From assembly GCA_037379345.1 (NCBI GenBank), contig CM074515.1:7564001-7628000 (forward strand): a stretch of 64,000 nucleotides of DNA. The letters run 5' to 3'. A program made the position numbers and the translations under genes. The notes beneath the pieces were generated by a model. The model was not told the origin of the DNA, made no database searches, and worked only from the letters and a program-made list of their open reading frames with translations. Within the stretch, counting starts at the first letter, position 1, and the number at the start of each line of letters is the position of its first letter. This document shows, in pieces, positions 62,601 through 64,000 of this stretch. Source of the stretch: Perna viridis (taxonomy: Eukaryota).

Positions 62601-64000
62601 GGAGTGATCCACCAGCAACTTTGACTGCTTTGCAAAACAATCATGCCAATGAATAAAGAAAGATCATTCTGTAGCTTAACAAATGTATCACAGTCTATGT
62701 TGGCCATTTTTAACCGTTTTCATAGTGTATGTTTATACCCGAACCGCGTTTTTTTTTTAAATTTGTCCTATCTTATCAGTTAAAGTTCACTCCTGGATGT
62801 CAGTCATTATTGTAAGTAATAATAATGAATTTTGCCAAATAGATGCCCAAGATATGGTGCTCTACCCTCGAACTGTCGCTTGGTACCCGATGTTGCTGAT
62901 CAGTGTTGTCAAAAGGCAGAATGTGACCCACCATCCAGTAGTACATGCGTTGACAAGAATCCCTCATGTAGCCAATACGGTCAATACGCTTGCTATAAAC
63001 CATATGATGGATGGGCAAGAGACAATTGTGCTAAATACTGCGGATTTTGTGGCGGTGCTGGTAATAATTTTAATTTTTGCTGAAACTCTGTAAACATCGT
63101 AACATTTTTCTGGGGAAGGTTTTGTTTGGATTTTTATATATGTAAGTCTTGTGTAGAAAATACTAGTAATGCTTTTCATAAGAGATAGTTTTATATGATC
63201 TTTTATAAGTAGTATCATATTTGTAAAACCTTGTAAGAAATTTTATCTTTACGTATTATCATTTCTTTATATAGGACGTGTGACAACCCAAGCACCTTCA
63301 GGTGTTTGTGCTGATCAGATTCCAAACTGTAAGGACTACACGACTAGCGTCTGTAGTGGGCAGTATGCTAGCTGGGCTCAGTACAACTGTCCTAAGTTCT
63401 GCAATTTGTGTGGTAGGTCAAGTTTATAAATATGTCGATACTCTCTAAAATACAAACCACCGGAGAACATAATGGGAACGCACATAACATACACGAGCAA
63501 AATTATTTACATGAAGTGCACGACTTTCACATAAATTGGATTGGAGTTATCTTTGTGAAAGTTAGTTCTTTTAGGGTATTATGGATGCTTATGCTTGTGT
63601 AGGCTAGGTATGCCATTAGATGCCCTATTTTAAAGTTTGACATGCAATGCAAGAATCTTACTATCTGCCTTGTGTATAAAATTTGTAAATCTGTACCTTT
63701 TTTCTCTACTCGTATAGAAGGTCAAGGCTGCAATCATCTTTTTCTGTCGTTTGTTAGTTCTTGAAAATTTTTCAGTTTCTAGAGCATGATATTTGTTTAT
63801 ATGGAGTCTTGCCATGATTAGATGTATGTGAGTTCTAAACTCTTTTCTGTCGATATTTTGGTACATTGTGTAGCATTCTTCTTATCAATATTTTGACGGT
63901 ACCTACACTTCTTCAACATAACACTTTGGATTATATTAAGTTTTGTGCCAACTTTCATATTCAGTATACAGCAGCACAATAGTATTGTATTTTCAGTTCT
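32544..64000 (+). CDS. Large secreted VWA/TSP1/ShKT/VWC mosaic protein (collagen VI/matrilin-like VWA), >2,070 aa, 3' end beyond window
   Basis: 31 phase-compatible GT-AG exons (6232 nt using exon 1a and one of the 54795/54975 pair); 5 VWA with DxSxS, 2 TSP1, 5 ShKT and 7 split VWC modules. Confidence 0.9.
33150..33219. repeat. (TTTTTG/TTTTG)n microsatellite
   Basis: Seen directly. Confidence 0.8.
33654..33735 (+). CDS. Signal-peptide exon 1b ([27 protein letters not shown])
   Basis: Hydrophobic core, AYA cleavage motif, phase-1 a|gtaag donor 108 nt before the VWA1 acceptor. Confidence 0.75.
33844..34404 (+). CDS. VWA domain 1 exon
   Basis: [13 protein letters not shown]...GNTHT...MTDG; phase 1-1. 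Confidence 0.92.
36718..36942 (+). CDS. TSP1 domain 1 + Pro/Thr linker exon
   Basis: [37 protein letters not shown]; phase 1-1. Confidence 0.9.
37091..37562. mobile_element. TA-flanked MITE (Tc1/mariner-type) with AAACGCACG-rich internal repeats
   Basis: TA|CACTCCTTAAGACGTTTAAGTTTCCC ... GGGAAACGTGAACGTCTCAAGGAGTG|TA (26-bp TIR, 3 mismatches). Confidence 0.88.
37697..38575. mobile_element. Second, inverted and interrupted copy of the same MITE
   Basis: 38477-38575 is the reverse complement of the 37091 left arm; 37697-37790 matches its right arm; ~690 bp of unrelated sequence lies between. Confidence 0.65.
38787..39347 (+). CDS. VWA domain 2 exon
   Basis: [13 protein letters not shown]; phase 1-1. 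Confidence 0.92.
39952..40521 (+). mobile_element. 5'-truncated Penelope-like retroelement (RT C-terminus + 3' tail)
   Basis: ORF 39958..40353 with [41 protein letters not shown]. Confidence 0.85.
42526..42756 (+). CDS. TSP1 domain 2 + Pro/Thr linker exon
   Basis: [37 protein letters not shown]. Confidence 0.9.
43042..43605 (+). CDS. VWA domain 3 exon
   Basis: [13 protein letters not shown]...VTDG. Confidence 0.92.
43864..43893 (+). CDS. 30-nt Pro-rich linker micro-exon (KVTQPPPPK)
   Basis: ttttcag acceptor and a|gtaag donor. Confidence 0.7.
44221..44526 (+). CDS. VWA domain 4, 5' exon
   Basis: [13 protein letters not shown]. Confidence 0.9.
44563..44590. repeat. (CTGT)n microsatellite
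   Basis: Seen directly. Confidence 0.85.
44951..45208 (+). CDS. VWA domain 4, 3' exon
   Basis: [15 protein letters not shown]...KTCE. Confidence 0.9.
45415..45441 (+). CDS. 27-nt linker micro-exon (SIPQKPAK)
   Basis: ttccag acceptor and g|gtaac donor. Confidence 0.65.
46780..47108. mobile_element. TTAA-flanked MITE
   Basis: TAAGAATCAGGCA (46792) is inverted to TGCCTGATTCTTA (47083); TTAA on both sides. Confidence 0.6.
47578..48141 (+). CDS. VWA domain 5 exon
   Basis: [13 protein letters not shown]...MTDG. Confidence 0.92.
48382..48417 (+). CDS. 36-nt linker micro-exon ([11 protein letters not shown])
   Basis: ttttag acceptor and a|gtaag donor. Confidence 0.7.
48944..49055. repeat. (TTTTG/TTTG/TTG)n low-complexity tract
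   Basis: Seen directly. Confidence 0.8.
49152..49292 (+). CDS. ShKT domain 1 exon
   Basis: [32 protein letters not shown]. Confidence 0.88.
49624..49755 (+). CDS. ShKT domain 2 exon
   Basis: [24 protein letters not shown]. Confidence 0.88.
50035..50183 (-). mobile_element. tRNA-derived SINE
   Basis: Minus-strand A box TGGCCGAGTGG and B box GGTTCGAATCCC, with an over-long spacer and a non-tRNA tail. Confidence 0.7.
50596..50625 (+). CDS. 30-nt linker micro-exon (PGSKGLSGF)
   Basis: tgtag acceptor and t|gtgag donor. Confidence 0.6.
50884..52176 (+). CDS. VWC module 1 (exons 50884-51001, 52037-52176)
   Basis: [24 protein letters not shown] / [22 protein letters not shown]. Confidence 0.85.
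51205..51765 (+). mobile_element. Degenerate Penelope-like RT fragment plus tail motif
   Basis: AAACTTATGACAAACG..., CACTACAGAAGTTTTATGGTCG; tail AGCAGGAAATGCTCACC..GGAGCACCTG. Confidence 0.65.
52235..52500 (+). mobile_element. Penelope-like 3' tail only
   Basis: Near-identical to 40350-40520 and 60500-60760. Confidence 0.8.
52922..53666 (+). CDS. VWC module 2 (exons 52922-53036, 53527-53666)
   Basis: [24 protein letters not shown] / [20 protein letters not shown]. Confidence 0.85.
54436..54573 (+). CDS. ShKT domain 3 exon
   Basis: [29 protein letters not shown]. Confidence 0.88.
54795..54927 (+). CDS. VWC module 3 first-half exon, variant A
   Basis: 133 nt, phase 1-2, [24 protein letters not shown]. 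Confidence 0.85.
54975..55107 (+). CDS. VWC module 3 first-half exon, variant B (putative mutually exclusive)
   Basis: 133 nt, phase 1-2, open frame, [24 protein letters not shown]. Confidence 0.8.
55388..55620 (+). CDS. VWC module 3 second half + Pro-rich linker
   Basis: [20 protein letters not shown]. Confidence 0.85.
55988..56733 (+). CDS. VWC module 4 (exons 55988-56102, 56453-56733)
   Basis: [24 protein letters not shown] / [20 protein letters not shown] + G/T/S linker. Confidence 0.85.
57074..58512 (+). CDS. VWC module 5 (exons 57074-57188, 58364-58512)
   Basis: [24 protein letters not shown] / [20 protein letters not shown]. Confidence 0.85.
57257..57760 (+). mobile_element. Degenerate Penelope-like RT fragment
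   Basis: Colinear with 59850-60380 (TCATCTTCTAAATATACAGAAG..., CCAGAGCTTGCCGAAAC). Confidence 0.7.
58808..59563 (+). CDS. VWC module 6 (exons 58808-58922, 59346-59563)
   Basis: [24 protein letters not shown] / [19 protein letters not shown]. Confidence 0.85.
59836..60760 (+). mobile_element. Longest Penelope-like remnant (RT with indels + full 3' tail)
   Basis: [16 protein letters not shown] (RT motif), [24 protein letters not shown], and the tail. Confidence 0.85.
61543..63060 (+). CDS. VWC module 7 + ShKT 4 (exons 61543-61657, 62843-63060)
   Basis: [24 protein letters not shown] / [35 protein letters not shown]. Confidence 0.85.
63275..63412 (+). CDS. ShKT domain 5 exon
   Basis: [26 protein letters not shown]; the next acceptor appears at 63996. 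Confidence 0.85.

Noticed and set aside
32544-64000. Calling gene 2 COL6A or matrilin
   Set aside because: No collagen triple helix or EGF repeats in the window; similarity is limited to the VWA domains.

Overview
AT-rich eukaryotic (metazoan) genomic DNA; the repeat families present point to a bivalve mollusc (Mytilus-like; inference). The window holds two intron-rich + strand genes. (1) The 3' 15 coding exons of HEATR3 (1333-26692; 1740 nt, in frame, ending at TGA). Its introns carry a frameshifted FLYWCH-MULE transposon nested in a TTAA/Kolobok-like element, several MITEs, a SINE and three satellites. (2) The first ~2,080 codons of a very large secreted modular protein that runs off the window: SP-VWA-TSP1-VWA-TSP1-VWA-VWA-VWA-ShKT-ShKT-VWC-VWC-ShKT-VWCx5-ShKT-ShKT. 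Gene 2 shows exon-duplication-driven diversification: two paralogous alternative signal-peptide exons, an intact pair of 133-nt putative mutually exclusive exons only 47 nt apart, two tandem 'echoes' of exon ends with their splice donors, and a domain-specific extra intron. Its introns also hold five same-strand Penelope-like retroelement remnants with a structured 3' tail. All exon models were derived by hand from GT-AG boundaries and phase continuity; there is no transcript evidence.
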